Shown here one piece after another: positions 37,834 through 47,509 of a stretch of DNA of 64,000 nucleotides. Source of the DNA: an uncultured Gammaproteobacteria bacterium. GTDB lineage: Bacteria > Cyanobacteriota > Vampirovibrionia > Gastranaerophilales > CAZEDP01. Numbering within the stretch: position 1 is the stretch's first letter; the number at the start of each line of letters is the position of its first letter. The stretch is from the NCBI GenBank assembly GCA_964643065.1, contig CAZXPD010000001.1, positions 2,925 to 66,924 of the forward strand. The letters run 5' to 3'. The notes below the pieces were generated by a model. That model did not search any database. It saw only the letters and a program-made list of their open reading frames with translations, and had not been told where the DNA came from. A program made the position numbers and the translations under genes.

Positions 37834-37842
37834 GAGACCAAA

Positions 37843-38757
37843 ATGGGAAGATTAGAAGATTTAAGGATAAATGCGTATTTATCCGAAGTGGCAAGAGGTT
37901 ACAGCAATAATGCTTTTATTGCAGACGCTCTTTTCCCTACCATAGATTCAGAGTCTGAAAAGATTGATATTTTTGAATTTAACAAGGAAGCTTTCCAGGT
38001 TTACAATACTGAGCGTGCAATCAGGGCTAATTCGAACGTAATGAGCCCCAAAGGTTTCAATAAAAAATCTGCAACATTAACCGAGCACGATTTAGCTTAT
38101 CCCATCGATTACAGGGAAGAAGACGAATCTAAAAAAGTTAAACTTCAGCTTCACGCAACTAATGTTGTAACTGAAGGGTTAAAGCTAAAACACGAAACAC
38201 AGTGTGCTGATTTAGTACAAAACCCTGCAAATTATCCAACAGGAAACAAAATTATTTTGGCAGGGACTTCAAAGTTTACCGATGCAGCTTCCGATCCGGT
38301 TAAAGTAATTGATGATGCCAAAGATGCGATAGCCGGAAAAATTGCCCAAGACCCAAATACTATGATTATTGGACACGATTCCTGGAGAGTTTTAAAAAGA
38401 CACGAAAAACTTAAAGGAATGATTAGTGATACTAAAAATAAGCTGGTAACACTTGATTTTCTTAAAGAAATCTTTGAAATCCAAAATATTTACATTGGAA
38501 AATCTGTTTTTGTCGATGAAAACGGAAACTTTGTAAAAGTTTGGGGTGATAATATCGTCCTTGCCTATACTTCTCCTCTCTCTTCAAGAACGGAGTATGA
38601 TCCTGCGTTTGCCTATACGGTTAAAAAGAAAAATGCACTAAACATTGACGAATACCGTAAAGAAGGAAACAAGCTCAAATTTATTAGAGCTACGGATATC
38701 TATACTCCGTTTTTGGTTGGCCCTGAAGCAGGCTATTTAATTTCAGACACTAATTAG
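37843..38757 (+). CDS. major capsid protein
   Basis: 304 aa directly after the scaffold gene. Size and position as Mu gpT. Call is by synteny. Confidence 0.7.
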   Translation: MGRLEDLRINAYLSEVARGYSNNAFIADALFPTIDSESEKIDIFEFNKEAFQVYNTERAIRANSNVMSPKGFNKKSATLTEHDLAYPIDYREEDESKKVKLQLHATNVVTEGLKLKHETQCADLVQNPANYPTGNKIILAGTSKFTDAASDPVKVIDDAKDAIAGKIAQDPNTMIIGHDSWRVLKRHEKLKGMISDTKNKLVTLDFLKEIFEIQNIYIGKSVFVDENGNFVKVWGDNIVLAYTSPLSSRTEYDPAFAYTVKKKNALNIDEYRKEGNKLKFIRATDIYTPFLVGPEAGYLISDTN

Positions 38758-38769
38758 GAGGATAAGAAA

Positions 38770-39012
38770 TTGGCAAAATACACAGTTAAAGGAACAGATA
38801 TTCTGTATAACGGCAAACTTTATCCGGAAGGTGAAACTATATCTCCTGATGATGAGACAGCCATTCAGCTTGTAGATTATCTCGAATTAATTCCTGAAAA
38901 ATCAACAGGCAAACAAACAAAAACAACAAAGGAAACTGATACATCAAGTACAACAACTGCTGATGGAGCACTGGATAACGGAACAACCACACAAAATGCA
39001 GGAGGTGAATAA
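38770..39012 (+). CDS. hypothetical head-associated protein with Thr-rich tail
   Basis: TTG start after AGGAGG. 80 aa. Confidence 0.45.
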   Translation: MAKYTVKGTDILYNGKLYPEGETISPDDETAIQLVDYLELIPEKSTGKQTKTTKETDTSSTTTADGALDNGTTTQNAGGE

Positions 39013-39350
39013 TGCCAGAAAAACTATATAAACCTCTGTTAACAGACTCAATAAAAGTATCAGTCAATATAGATAAACAAAGATTTATCGGATTTGACGG
39101 AAATTATTGCACTTCTAACTCTAAAGCTCTCGGAGTTTCAGATGTTGAAGTTGAAGCAGGACAGTTTGCTCCTGTTGGGATAATCGGAATTTTTCTTGTA
39201 AAAACTGCAGGTGCAATTGCAAGAGGTGCAAGAGTTGCATCCGATTCAAACGGCTTCGCTGTTAATTACAACAATGGTGAAATTAATGGATATGCTCTTG
39301 ATGCTTCAACAGCAGCAGGTGACATCATTAGAATTGCAAGAGGTATCTAA
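39012..39350 (+). CDS. DUF2190-like head decoration/cement protein
   Basis: ALGVSDVEVEAGQFAPVGIIGIFLVKTAGAIARGARVASDSNG pattern. Confidence 0.6.
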   Translation: MPEKLYKPLLTDSIKVSVNIDKQRFIGFDGNYCTSNSKALGVSDVEVEAGQFAPVGIIGIFLVKTAGAIARGARVASDSNGFAVNYNNGEINGYALDASTAAGDIIRIARGI

Positions 39351-39799
39351 TGTACTGCCAAATCGAAGATATCCAAAAACAGGTTTCAAAAGATACATTA
39401 ATTCAATTAACTGATGATAATCAGGTTAGTGAAATTGATTCCGTCATTGTTGAAGAAGCAATTCTTTACTCTGAAACTTTGATAAACGGATATCTTCGTG
39501 GGCGGTATTCTATCCCAATTATAAATATTGGATTGGGGACTGAACCACCGGATATTCTAAAAATCCTTGCAGTTGATTTATCCATTTACAGGCTTTATTC
39601 AAGAAGATTTCAGACTGATACACCTGATTCTATAAGTGAAAAATACAAAAATTCCATAAAAATCCTTGAACAAATTCAAAAAGGAATTATTTCACTTGGC
39701 ATTGAAACGGCAGGAACAGCTCCTGAACTTGGAGAATATAGAACTAACAAGTCTTTTCAAGATAAAACATTTTCAAAGCAGGTAATGAATGAATATTAA
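39350..39799 (+). CDS. head-tail connector protein (DUF1320 / Mu gp36-like)
   Basis: YCQIEDIQKQVSKDTLIQLTDDN...AILYSETLINGYLRGRYSIP. Confidence 0.75.
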   Translation: MYCQIEDIQKQVSKDTLIQLTDDNQVSEIDSVIVEEAILYSETLINGYLRGRYSIPIINIGLGTEPPDILKILAVDLSIYRLYSRRFQTDTPDSISEKYKNSIKILEQIQKGIISLGIETAGTAPELGEYRTNKSFQDKTFSKQVMNEY

Positions 39800-40205
39800 T
39801 AATATTGAAAACTCAATAATTGAAAGACTTAAGGCTAAAATACCCGAACTTCACATTGAGGGATTCCCTGAAAAACCTGCAGAATTTAAGCTTGTACATC
39901 CCAAAGGTGCAATTCTTGTACATTATCAGGGAGGAATTTATTCCGATCAAAAAGCTCTCGCAGTGATAGTCCAGGAAAAGAAGTATGAATTTAGTATAAC
40001 TGTTGTAATGAGGCATTTAAGAGCTCATGAGGGTGCTTATGGCTACCTTGACAGAGTTCGAAATATACTAACCGGTTTTAAACCCGAAGGCGGAAGCAAA
40101 ATGATTCCGGTTAAAGACGAATTTATTGGTGAAGATAACGGTATTTGGCAGTATTCGATTAATTTTACTACTGTAATACCTGTTTTAGAAGATATTGAGG
40201 AATAA
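39789..40205 (+). CDS. head-tail joining protein (Mu gp37-like, by position)
   Basis: 138 aa between the DUF1320 gene and the sheath gene. Confidence 0.45.
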   Translation: MNINNIENSIIERLKAKIPELHIEGFPEKPAEFKLVHPKGAILVHYQGGIYSDQKALAVIVQEKKYEFSITVVMRHLRAHEGAYGYLDRVRNILTGFKPEGGSKMIPVKDEFIGEDNGIWQYSINFTTVIPVLEDIEE

Positions 40206-40209
40206 GATT

Positions 40210-41436
40210 ATGCCGGCAAACTTTTTGCATGGAGTTGAAACAATAGAAATCACAAAAGGTTCACGTACTATTCGAACTGTAAAAACAGCAGTTATTGGTC
40301 TTATAGGCACAGCTCCTGTTAATGCAGTTGATGCTGAATTTAAAACGGTAAATAAGCCTGTTTTAATAACAAGTGAGAAAGATGGAGCCAAATATTTTGG
40401 CGAGCCAACAAGCGGATTTACAATCCCTTCAGCCCTAAATGCAATATTCGATCAGGGTGCAGGAATTGTAATTGTAATAAACGTCTTTGACCCTGCGGTT
40501 CATACAAATGTGGCAGATGTTCAGCTTTCTGATGTGATAGGAACTGTCACCGCACAAGGAAAAAGAACAGGATTGCAGGCATTTAAAGATTGTTATTCGC
40601 TATTTGGTTTTTACCCAAAGACTTTAATAGTCCCCAAATACTGCGAAGATAAAGCTGTTACAACAGAAATGAACGCAGTTGCAAGCAATATTAGGGCCAT
40701 CGGACTTATTGATGCTCCTGTCGGGACAACCGTTCAAAACGCTATAACCGGCAGAGGTTCAAATGGAACTATTAATTACAATTTCAGCTCAGACAGGCTT
40801 GTGCTTTGTTATCCTCAGTTAAAAGTTTACGACACTGCAACAGATACAGAAAAACTTGAACCTTATTCTCAAAGGCTTTCAGGTGTTATAGCAGCAAAGG
40901 ATATCGAAAAAGGCTATCACTGGTCACCGAGTAATACTGAAATAAAAGGAATTACAGGAGTTGAAAGACTGCTAACTTCAATGATTAATGACCCCAACAG
41001 TGAAGTTAATCTTTTGAATGAAGCAGGAATAGTGACTGTATTTAATTCTTTTGGCTCAGGTTTTAGAACCTGGGGAAATAGAAGTTCTGCTTACCCAGCC
41101 TCAACTCACCCGACTAACTTTATCAATATTAGAAGAACAGCTGATATTCTCCATGAAAGTGTTGAATACTCTATGCTTCAGTTTATTGATTATCCGATAG
41201 ATAACGGTTTAATCGATTCTATCTGCGAAAGCGTTAATGCATTCATTAGAACGCTTATCGGCAGAGGCGCTTTGATTGACGGGAAATGCAGGTTTAATCC
41301 GGCTAAAAACCCTGCTGAAGAAATCGCAAACGGACATCTGCTTTTTGATATTGAGTTTATGCCACCAACACCTGCAGAGAGAATAACGTTTGAAAGCTTT
41401 ATTAACATTGAGCTCTTGAGAAACCTCGGGCAATGA
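40210..41436 (+). CDS. contractile tail sheath protein
   Basis: MPANFLHGVETIEI N-terminus; FRTWGNRS. ATG at 40210 after GAGG. Confidence 0.9.
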   Translation: MPANFLHGVETIEITKGSRTIRTVKTAVIGLIGTAPVNAVDAEFKTVNKPVLITSEKDGAKYFGEPTSGFTIPSALNAIFDQGAGIVIVINVFDPAVHTNVADVQLSDVIGTVTAQGKRTGLQAFKDCYSLFGFYPKTLIVPKYCEDKAVTTEMNAVASNIRAIGLIDAPVGTTVQNAITGRGSNGTINYNFSSDRLVLCYPQLKVYDTATDTEKLEPYSQRLSGVIAAKDIEKGYHWSPSNTEIKGITGVERLLTSMINDPNSEVNLLNEAGIVTVFNSFGSGFRTWGNRSSAYPASTHPTNFINIRRTADILHESVEYSMLQFIDYPIDNGLIDSICESVNAFIRTLIGRGALIDGKCRFNPAKNPAEEIANGHLLFDIEFMPPTPAERITFESFINIELLRNLGQ

Positions 41437-41630
41437 GAGTTGCAGTAAATAAATATGGCGGTATTGAGGTTTTTACAGACACAAAAGATGCCTGTTTTTC
41501 TTGCGAAAACAAAACAGATTGTCCTCTAGTAGAAGCGTTAAGAGCTGAAATTGTAATACTTCACTACGCAGAGATTGATATTCAAAGATGCGGATTATTC
41601 CGAAGGAGCGTGACAAATGTCAAAAATTAA
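41433..41630 (+). CDS. small Cys-containing protein between sheath and tube
   Basis: 65 aa. CFSCENKTDCP plus a distal Cys. Overlaps both neighbours. Confidence 0.4.
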   Translation: MRVAVNKYGGIEVFTDTKDACFSCENKTDCPLVEALRAEIVILHYAEIDIQRCGLFRRSVTNVKN

Positions 41631-42138
41631 GATTAACAGGCTAACTAACGCCAATATTTATATGGATGGTAACAATCTACTTGGGCGTGCAGAAGAAATC
41701 CAGCTTCCACAAATAAAACATAAAATGGCTGATCATAAAGCTCTTGGGATGGTGGGTTCTGCAGAATTCTTTGCAGGTATCGATAAGCTTGAGAGCAAAA
41801 TCAAGTGGAATTCACTTTACACAGAAGTATTAAAGAAAGCCGCAAACCCATTCGTTGCTGTTCAAATTCAGGCAAGAGCTTCTCTTGAAACCTATAACAG
41901 TATGGGCAAATTAGCGGAAGTTCCTGCGGTTGCTTATTTATCAGGAACATTTAAAGAATTTCCTCTTGGTAACCTTAAGCCACAGGAAAATGCTGAGTAT
42001 GAAACGACAATGAGTGTTAATTACGCAAAACTTATTGTTGATGGAGAAGAAATATTTGAGATAGATGTTCTTGAAAATATCTATAAAGTCGATGGTATCG
42101 ATATTTTAACTGTTTACAGAAATAATACAGGAGCCTAA
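41617..42138 (+). CDS. tail tube protein (P2 FII-like)
   Basis: INRLTNANIYMDGNNLLGRAEEIQLPQIKHKMADHKALGMVG. Confidence 0.85.
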   Translation: MSKIKINRLTNANIYMDGNNLLGRAEEIQLPQIKHKMADHKALGMVGSAEFFAGIDKLESKIKWNSLYTEVLKKAANPFVAVQIQARASLETYNSMGKLAEVPAVAYLSGTFKEFPLGNLKPQENAEYETTMSVNYAKLIVDGEEIFEIDVLENIYKVDGIDILTVYRNNTGA

Positions 42139-42140
42139 AA

Positions 42141-42431
42141 GTGAAAGAAATACAACTGCCAAGCGGTAAAACAGCCACCATAAAAGATGGCAAAGGGCGT
42201 GACCTTTTAAATGCACAGAGAAAAGCTAAAACAAGCGATGAAATCCTTTTTGCACTTATCGCAGAAGTTGCAGAAATAGATGGAGAGGCTGTAATCTATG
42301 AGGACTTATTGGAAATGCCTCTTGAAGATGTGCTTGCATTACAGGCGGAAATTTCGGGAAAGTTTCAGTCATTACCTCAGAATGTATCATCCACCTTGCA
42401 AAAACAACCGGCTGGAGCTACAGCGAAATAA
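42141..42431 (+). CDS. tail assembly chaperone (gpE/gpG-like, zero-frame product)
   Basis: 96 aa between the tube and tape-measure genes. GTG start. Confidence 0.75.
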   Translation: MKEIQLPSGKTATIKDGKGRDLLNAQRKAKTSDEILFALIAEVAEIDGEAVIYEDLLEMPLEDVLALQAEISGKFQSLPQNVSSTLQKQPAGATAK

Positions 42432-42523
42432 AGGAAATGGAGCTTGCTGAACTTGAGTTTTGGGTAAAGCAAGCCATCAAATACAGACAAACTGACACTG
42501 AGGATTTAGAAGAAATATGTTAG
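42141..42523 (+). CDS. tail assembly chaperone -1 frameshift product (E+E' / G-T-like)
   Basis: Slippery G GGA AAG in the correct phase at 42356-42362. The -1 frame is open from 42326 to TAG 42521-42523. Extension ...HLAKTTGWSYSEIKEMELAELEFWVKQAIKY resembles the P2 GpE' consensus. Confidence 0.6.
42356..42362 (+). promoter_or_regulatory. programmed -1 ribosomal frameshift slippery heptamer GGGAAAG
   Basis: Zero-frame phasing is tcG GGA AAG. Same heptamer as described for lambda G/GT. Confidence 0.6.
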
Positions 42524-44973
42524 ACACAATGATGAAAGTATCTTTAACTCTCGTTGCCTTTGACAAAATGTCGAGGGTTATTAAAGATGCAGTTAACAAG
42601 TCTAATGATGAATTCAACAAGCTGCAACGCAAAGTTAAACAGACTTCTGAATCAATAGAAACTCTCGGCAAAAATATGATGGCGCTTGGGGGAGGTATGA
42701 CACTGAGCGGTCTTGGGCTTGCTCATACTCTTGGTTTAACCGATGCAATTCCGCAGGCTCTTCAAATGGAGCACAGAATAAGAGAACTCGGAAATGTCGG
42801 ACAATTAACCGAACAACAGCTTGCAAGTATGGATAAACGCCTCGGGCAGATTTCAAAATACACAAACCAATTCAGGCTGGATATTATCGAGGGTTTGAGC
42901 GTTCTTGTAGCTTCTGGTGTTGACCCCACTAAAGCTCTTGACTATATGAACGTCATCGGTAAAACCGCAACGGCAGAACAGGCAGCTATTGTCGATATTT
43001 CAAAAACAGCCTTTTCTGTAACTGATAATCTCAAAGTTCCGGTTTCACAATTATCTAAAACTATGGATATTCTTGCTCAGGCAGGAAAACAGGGCAGGTT
43101 TGAATTAAAAGATATGGCTGGAGAATTCCCGGGATTAACAGCGAGCGCAAGTATGCTTGGAATGAAAGGCGTGCCTGCAGTTGCCCAATTAGCGGCTGCT
43201 CTTCAAATTGCGATGAAAGGTTCTAAAGATGCAAGCGAAGCAGCTAATAACCTGCAAAATTTCATGCAAAAACTTTCCGCTCCGCAGACTATGAAAAACT
43301 TTAGCGAAAAATTTGGAGTGGATATTAAAAAAGTTCTAAACGATGCTATAGCTCAAGGTAAAGACCCAATTTTTGAAGTTATGAAAACAATTCAGCAAGT
43401 AACCGGCGGTGATCCGTTTAAACTGTCAGAGATATTTCAGGATATGCAGGTTTTAAACTTTATAAAACCGATGATGAAGAACCTCAAGGAATATGAAGCA
43501 ATCAAGCGTTCCGCCTTATCAGCAAACGGCATTGTAGACAGCGATTATCAAAATATGATGAAGACTACTATTGAGCAGTGGAATCGTTTAAAAATTAATA
43601 TGATGAAAATCGTCCTGCCAAACCTTGCAGGACCGTTAAAGGTGGCAAATCAAATACTTGAGAAGATAAATCAGAATCCTCTGCTTCAAAAAGGGATATT
43701 TACGGCGATAGTTGGACTAACAGGCGGAGGAATTCTTTTAACAATCCTTGGCGGTGCTGTTTTTGCTGTCGGAAATCTTACCAAAGGCTATGGAAAATTC
43801 CTGCAGTATGCAAGGGATTTAACTCCGATATTAAAACAAAACACTATGCAGCTATTGAAGTTTCTGGGATTAAATACTACTTTTCATAATCTTGAAACAG
43901 CATCAAAACTAAGAAATGCAGGAAATCCTCTTGGTATAGACTTATCCAAGTTCTCATTTAAAAGCGGAATATTCGCTGATATAAGAAGAATTGACAACAA
44001 TTTAAGAGCCGGAATAATTCGCTCTTTTAAAGAGTTCCCTGCAAATACAGTAAAAGCCACAACTTCATTAAAAGATTGGACAGTAACTTCAATAAAGGCT
44101 GTTCCTTCAAACTTTATGAACGGATTAAAGGCAATTAAATCAGGCTTCCTTGATTTACCTTCTAAGATTAGAGCTGGCATTATCGCATTTAGAGCATTTT
44201 CTTTAACTCTTTTAACTTCACCTATCGGCTGGATTGCTCTTGCAATCGGTGCTGCTGCTTTTGTTGTTTATAAATACTGGAAGCCGATTACAGGATTCTT
44301 TAGAGGATTGTTTAAGGGATTAAAAGAAGGTCTTGCACCATTACAACCTGCTTTTAAAGCTTTAGCCAAATCCTTATCGCCAATCCTTGTTCCGTTAAAG
44401 TCTATCTGGGAATTGTTTAAAAAACTAATCCAGCCTGTTGAAGATACAGGTGGAGCTGCTGAGAAAATGGGCGTTCGATTCGGCAAGGTTTTAGCTCAAA
44501 TAATTCTCAAAATTACAGACCTAATCAAGAAAATGTTCCAACTTGGAGCTAAAATTGCTGATTTTCTCTCCTTTGGAATGCTGTCTAAAACTGCAAATAC
44601 TCAAAAAGCTATCGGCAAACACGCACAGATTATTAGAGATCATCTTCCGCACTCGCCAGCTAAAATGGGTCCGCTTAAAGACCTGCATAAAATAAAATTA
44701 ATCGAAACAATCGCTGCAACAATCAAACCTGCACCCTTATTTTCTGCGATGAACAAGGCTTTATCATTCAAAGCAAAACCTATAACTATGGGAAGTTCAA
44801 AGCAGGGCAACTCGGGCGGAACTGTTTCAATTCACTACAACCCGAATGTTTCAATTAATGGCGCAAGTCCTCAAGCCAAAGAGGACTTTGCCCAAATGCT
44901 TAAACAGCATAAGGACGAAATTCTAAAACTTGTTAAGGCTGAAAATCAAAGACAAGTGAGGTTAGCATACTGA
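42517..44973 (+). CDS. tail tape measure protein
   Basis: 818 aa with an internal hydrophobic block, following the chaperone pair. Confidence 0.9.
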   Translation: MLDTMMKVSLTLVAFDKMSRVIKDAVNKSNDEFNKLQRKVKQTSESIETLGKNMMALGGGMTLSGLGLAHTLGLTDAIPQALQMEHRIRELGNVGQLTEQQLASMDKRLGQISKYTNQFRLDIIEGLSVLVASGVDPTKALDYMNVIGKTATAEQAAIVDISKTAFSVTDNLKVPVSQLSKTMDILAQAGKQGRFELKDMAGEFPGLTASASMLGMKGVPAVAQLAAALQIAMKGSKDASEAANNLQNFMQKLSAPQTMKNFSEKFGVDIKKVLNDAIAQGKDPIFEVMKTIQQVTGGDPFKLSEIFQDMQVLNFIKPMMKNLKEYEAIKRSALSANGIVDSDYQNMMKTTIEQWNRLKINMMKIVLPNLAGPLKVANQILEKINQNPLLQKGIFTAIVGLTGGGILLTILGGAVFAVGNLTKGYGKFLQYARDLTPILKQNTMQLLKFLGLNTTFHNLETASKLRNAGNPLGIDLSKFSFKSGIFADIRRIDNNLRAGIIRSFKEFPANTVKATTSLKDWTVTSIKAVPSNFMNGLKAIKSGFLDLPSKIRAGIIAFRAFSLTLLTSPIGWIALAIGAAAFVVYKYWKPITGFFRGLFKGLKEGLAPLQPAFKALAKSLSPILVPLKSIWELFKKLIQPVEDTGGAAEKMGVRFGKVLAQIILKITDLIKKMFQLGAKIADFLSFGMLSKTANTQKAIGKHAQIIRDHLPHSPAKMGPLKDLHKIKLIETIAATIKPAPLFSAMNKALSFKAKPITMGSSKQGNSGGTVSIHYNPNVSINGASPQAKEDFAQMLKQHKDEILKLVKAENQRQVRLAY

Positions 44974-45458
44974 TGTTCGCTCAGTTAGGAAATATAAAAT
45001 TTGATTTAATAACGTACTTCAACGGGCTTGATGATCTTCAAAAACATAACTTTGCCGAGCATCAGACGATTGAAAGTAAGCCAAAACTACAATTTATCGG
45101 CGATGAGCTGGATGACCTTAATATAAAACTGAATTTTCATTCTTCTTTCTGTTCTCCGGAAAATGAAATCAAAAAGCTGAAAGACATAGCTAAAAAGCAT
45201 CAGGAGTTAGCTTTTATTCTCGGAAACGGAAAATACGTCGGCAAATATGTTATTGAGGAAATCTCTTCAACAACACAACAGAGCGATAAATTTGGCAACC
45301 TCATATCAATAGAAGCTGAAATCAAACTAAAAGAATGGAGCGAGAGCAGTATAAAAGTTAAGAAAAAAGTGAAAAAGCAGACTACTAAAAAGAAGCAGAC
45401 TACCAAAACAACAACGAAAACTAAGAAAACAACAAAGCAAATTGTGAGGCAGGCGTGA
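44973..45458 (+). CDS. tail protein (P2 gpU-like) with Lys/Thr-rich C-terminal tail
   Basis: MFAQLGNIKFDL...FAEHQTIESKPKLQFIG. C-terminal KKKVKKQTTKKKQTTKTTTKTKKTTK. Confidence 0.7.
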   Translation: MFAQLGNIKFDLITYFNGLDDLQKHNFAEHQTIESKPKLQFIGDELDDLNIKLNFHSSFCSPENEIKKLKDIAKKHQELAFILGNGKYVGKYVIEEISSTTQQSDKFGNLISIEAEIKLKEWSESSIKVKKKVKKQTTKKKQTTKTTTKTKKTTKQIVRQA

Positions 45459-45670
45459 GTGATTTTTATGAGTACATCACAAAAGACGGCGACAGGTGGG
45501 ATTTGATTGCTTATGAGTTTTATTCAGATGCAACACTTTATGAATCAATAATCACAGCCAATCCCGAAGTTCCAATAATACCAATACTGCCGTCAGGATT
45601 AAAGCTAAAAATACCTGTCATAGAAGATTCAAACGAAATTACATTTATATTGCCACCCTGGCGTGAATAA
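45455..45670 (+). CDS. tail protein X (LysM-like, P2 gpX-like)
   Basis: YITKDGDRWDLIAYEFYSD...ANPEV. Confidence 0.7.
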   Translation: MSDFYEYITKDGDRWDLIAYEFYSDATLYESIITANPEVPIIPILPSGLKLKIPVIEDSNEITFILPPWRE

Positions 45671-45681
45671 AAGGAAAATCA

Positions 45682-46644
45682 ATGCTAAAACCTATATCCA
45701 AAGTTGAATACGAAAATACAGATATTACAGCACACATTTCACCTTATGTGCTGTCTGTCAGCTATACTGACTTTGAACATGGACAATGCGATGAAATTGA
45801 AGTCCAGATAGAAGATACTAATCATATCTGGAAAGCAGACTGGTACCCGAGTAAAGGCGATGCTTTAAAACTAAATATTGGCTACGAGGGAGAAAAACTC
45901 CTAAACTGCGGAAGCTTTGAAATTGATGAATTAGAGTTTGCTTCACCGCCTGACACCATAACTTTAAAAGCACTAGCGGCTAACATTAAAAAAGCTCTCA
46001 GGCAGAATAATTCGGTTGCTTATGAGAATAAAAATTTAAGACAGATAGCTCAAGAAATTGCAAATAAGCATAATTTACAGCTTATCGGCAGTATTCGAGA
46101 TGTAAAAATCAAGCGGATTACTCAGCATAAAAAACGTGACCTTGAGTTTCTTAAAAATCTAGCTGAAGAATACGGATATATATTTAAAGTCAGTGATAAC
46201 AAGCTCACATTCTATGAAACCGCAAAATTAAAAACTTCAAACCCTGCTTTGATTTTATACAGACAGGATTTAACTTCATTTACTATCAGGGATAAAACCT
46301 ACGACCAGTATAAATCTTGCGAAGTAAGTTACCACGATCCAAAAACTAAAAAACTTGTAAGTTCAAATATTAAAGGGAATTCAGAAAAAGCAGACACACT
46401 TAAACTGCATAAACGCTGTGAAAACAAGGAGCAGGCAATATTAAAAGCCAATGCTGGAATAAATAAGCATTCTCCTGTTGAAGGAAGCATTTCTTTAATA
46501 GGAAATCCGCATCTTGTTGCAGGGTTAAATATTGAGCTTAAAGGACTTTATCACCTGAGCGGAAAATATCATATAAAACAGGCGAGACACTCAATAGACA
46601 GAATGTCAGGGTATAAAACGGAGTTAGAAATAGAAAAATGCTAA
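45682..46644 (+). CDS. late control protein D / tail-baseplate hub (gpD-like)
   Basis: 320 aa; position and size as P2 gpD. Confidence 0.8.
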   Translation: MLKPISKVEYENTDITAHISPYVLSVSYTDFEHGQCDEIEVQIEDTNHIWKADWYPSKGDALKLNIGYEGEKLLNCGSFEIDELEFASPPDTITLKALAANIKKALRQNNSVAYENKNLRQIAQEIANKHNLQLIGSIRDVKIKRITQHKKRDLEFLKNLAEEYGYIFKVSDNKLTFYETAKLKTSNPALILYRQDLTSFTIRDKTYDQYKSCEVSYHDPKTKKLVSSNIKGNSEKADTLKLHKRCENKEQAILKANAGINKHSPVEGSISLIGNPHLVAGLNIELKGLYHLSGKYHIKQARHSIDRMSGYKTELEIEKC

Positions 46645-47150
46645 AGTTTGGAATTGTGACTAATATTGATGAAAAACAGGCAAATGCAAGAGTTCAGTTT
46701 CAAGATAGTGACGGAATTCCTTCTTTTTGGCTCCCTGTTCTGCAAGCTAAAACGTACAAAGATAAGTTCTATATCCTGCCTGATATCGGCGAACACGTTG
46801 CCTGTCTTATGGATGAGAATCTTGAAGACGGTGTTATTCTCGGTGCTATTTATTCAGAGCAGGATGCCTGCCCTGTTGCTTCAAAAGACAAATTAAAAAT
46901 TAAGTTTAATGACTCTACAGAATTTGAATATGACAGGGTTGAGCATATTTTGAACATTATTTGTCCGACCATAAATATTCAAGGAATTATCAATCATACC
47001 GGATTATTTCTAAATTCAGCCGGCGTTATGTCTGAAGGTGAAGTCATTGACCATACAGGCAGCATGCAGGCGATAAGAGGGATTTATAACGCTCATACTC
47101 ATAATGAAACTGATTCAGTAACTCAAAAACCAAATGAGGAGATGAGTTAA
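46638..47150 (+). CDS. baseplate assembly protein V (spike)
   Basis: MLKFGIVTNIDEKQANARVQF...SFWLPVLQ; C-terminal HTHNE. Confidence 0.85.
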   Translation: MLKFGIVTNIDEKQANARVQFQDSDGIPSFWLPVLQAKTYKDKFYILPDIGEHVACLMDENLEDGVILGAIYSEQDACPVASKDKLKIKFNDSTEFEYDRVEHILNIICPTINIQGIINHTGLFLNSAGVMSEGEVIDHTGSMQAIRGIYNAHTHNETDSVTQKPNEEMS

Positions 47151-47509
47151 TGGCAACACTTAATGAAATAAAATCAGTAGATTGGCAACCTAAAATCAAT
47201 GAAATAGGTAACATTGTCGAGGGCATTGATGATATAGACCAATGTATAAAAATAATTCTTATGACAAGAAAAGGTACAGACCCTCATCGTCCCGAGTTTG
47301 GCTCCGATATCTGGCAATATATAGATTATCCGATAAATGAAGCGGTTCCAAATATTATTAGAGAAACCTTTGATGCAATAGCTCTATGGGAAATAAGAGT
47401 TCAAATTAATGCTGTTACAGCAGAAATTAATGAATCTCAGATAAATTTTAAAATTGATCGGCAAATAAAAGGAACTGATGAGAGCGGAACATTGGAGGTG
47501 ACGGTATGA
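47150..47509 (+). CDS. baseplate protein W (GPW/gp25 family)
   Basis: ILMTRKGTDPHRPEFGSDIWQYIDYP. Confidence 0.85.
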   Translation: MATLNEIKSVDWQPKINEIGNIVEGIDDIDQCIKIILMTRKGTDPHRPEFGSDIWQYIDYPINEAVPNIIRETFDAIALWEIRVQINAVTAEINESQINFKIDRQIKGTDESGTLEVTV

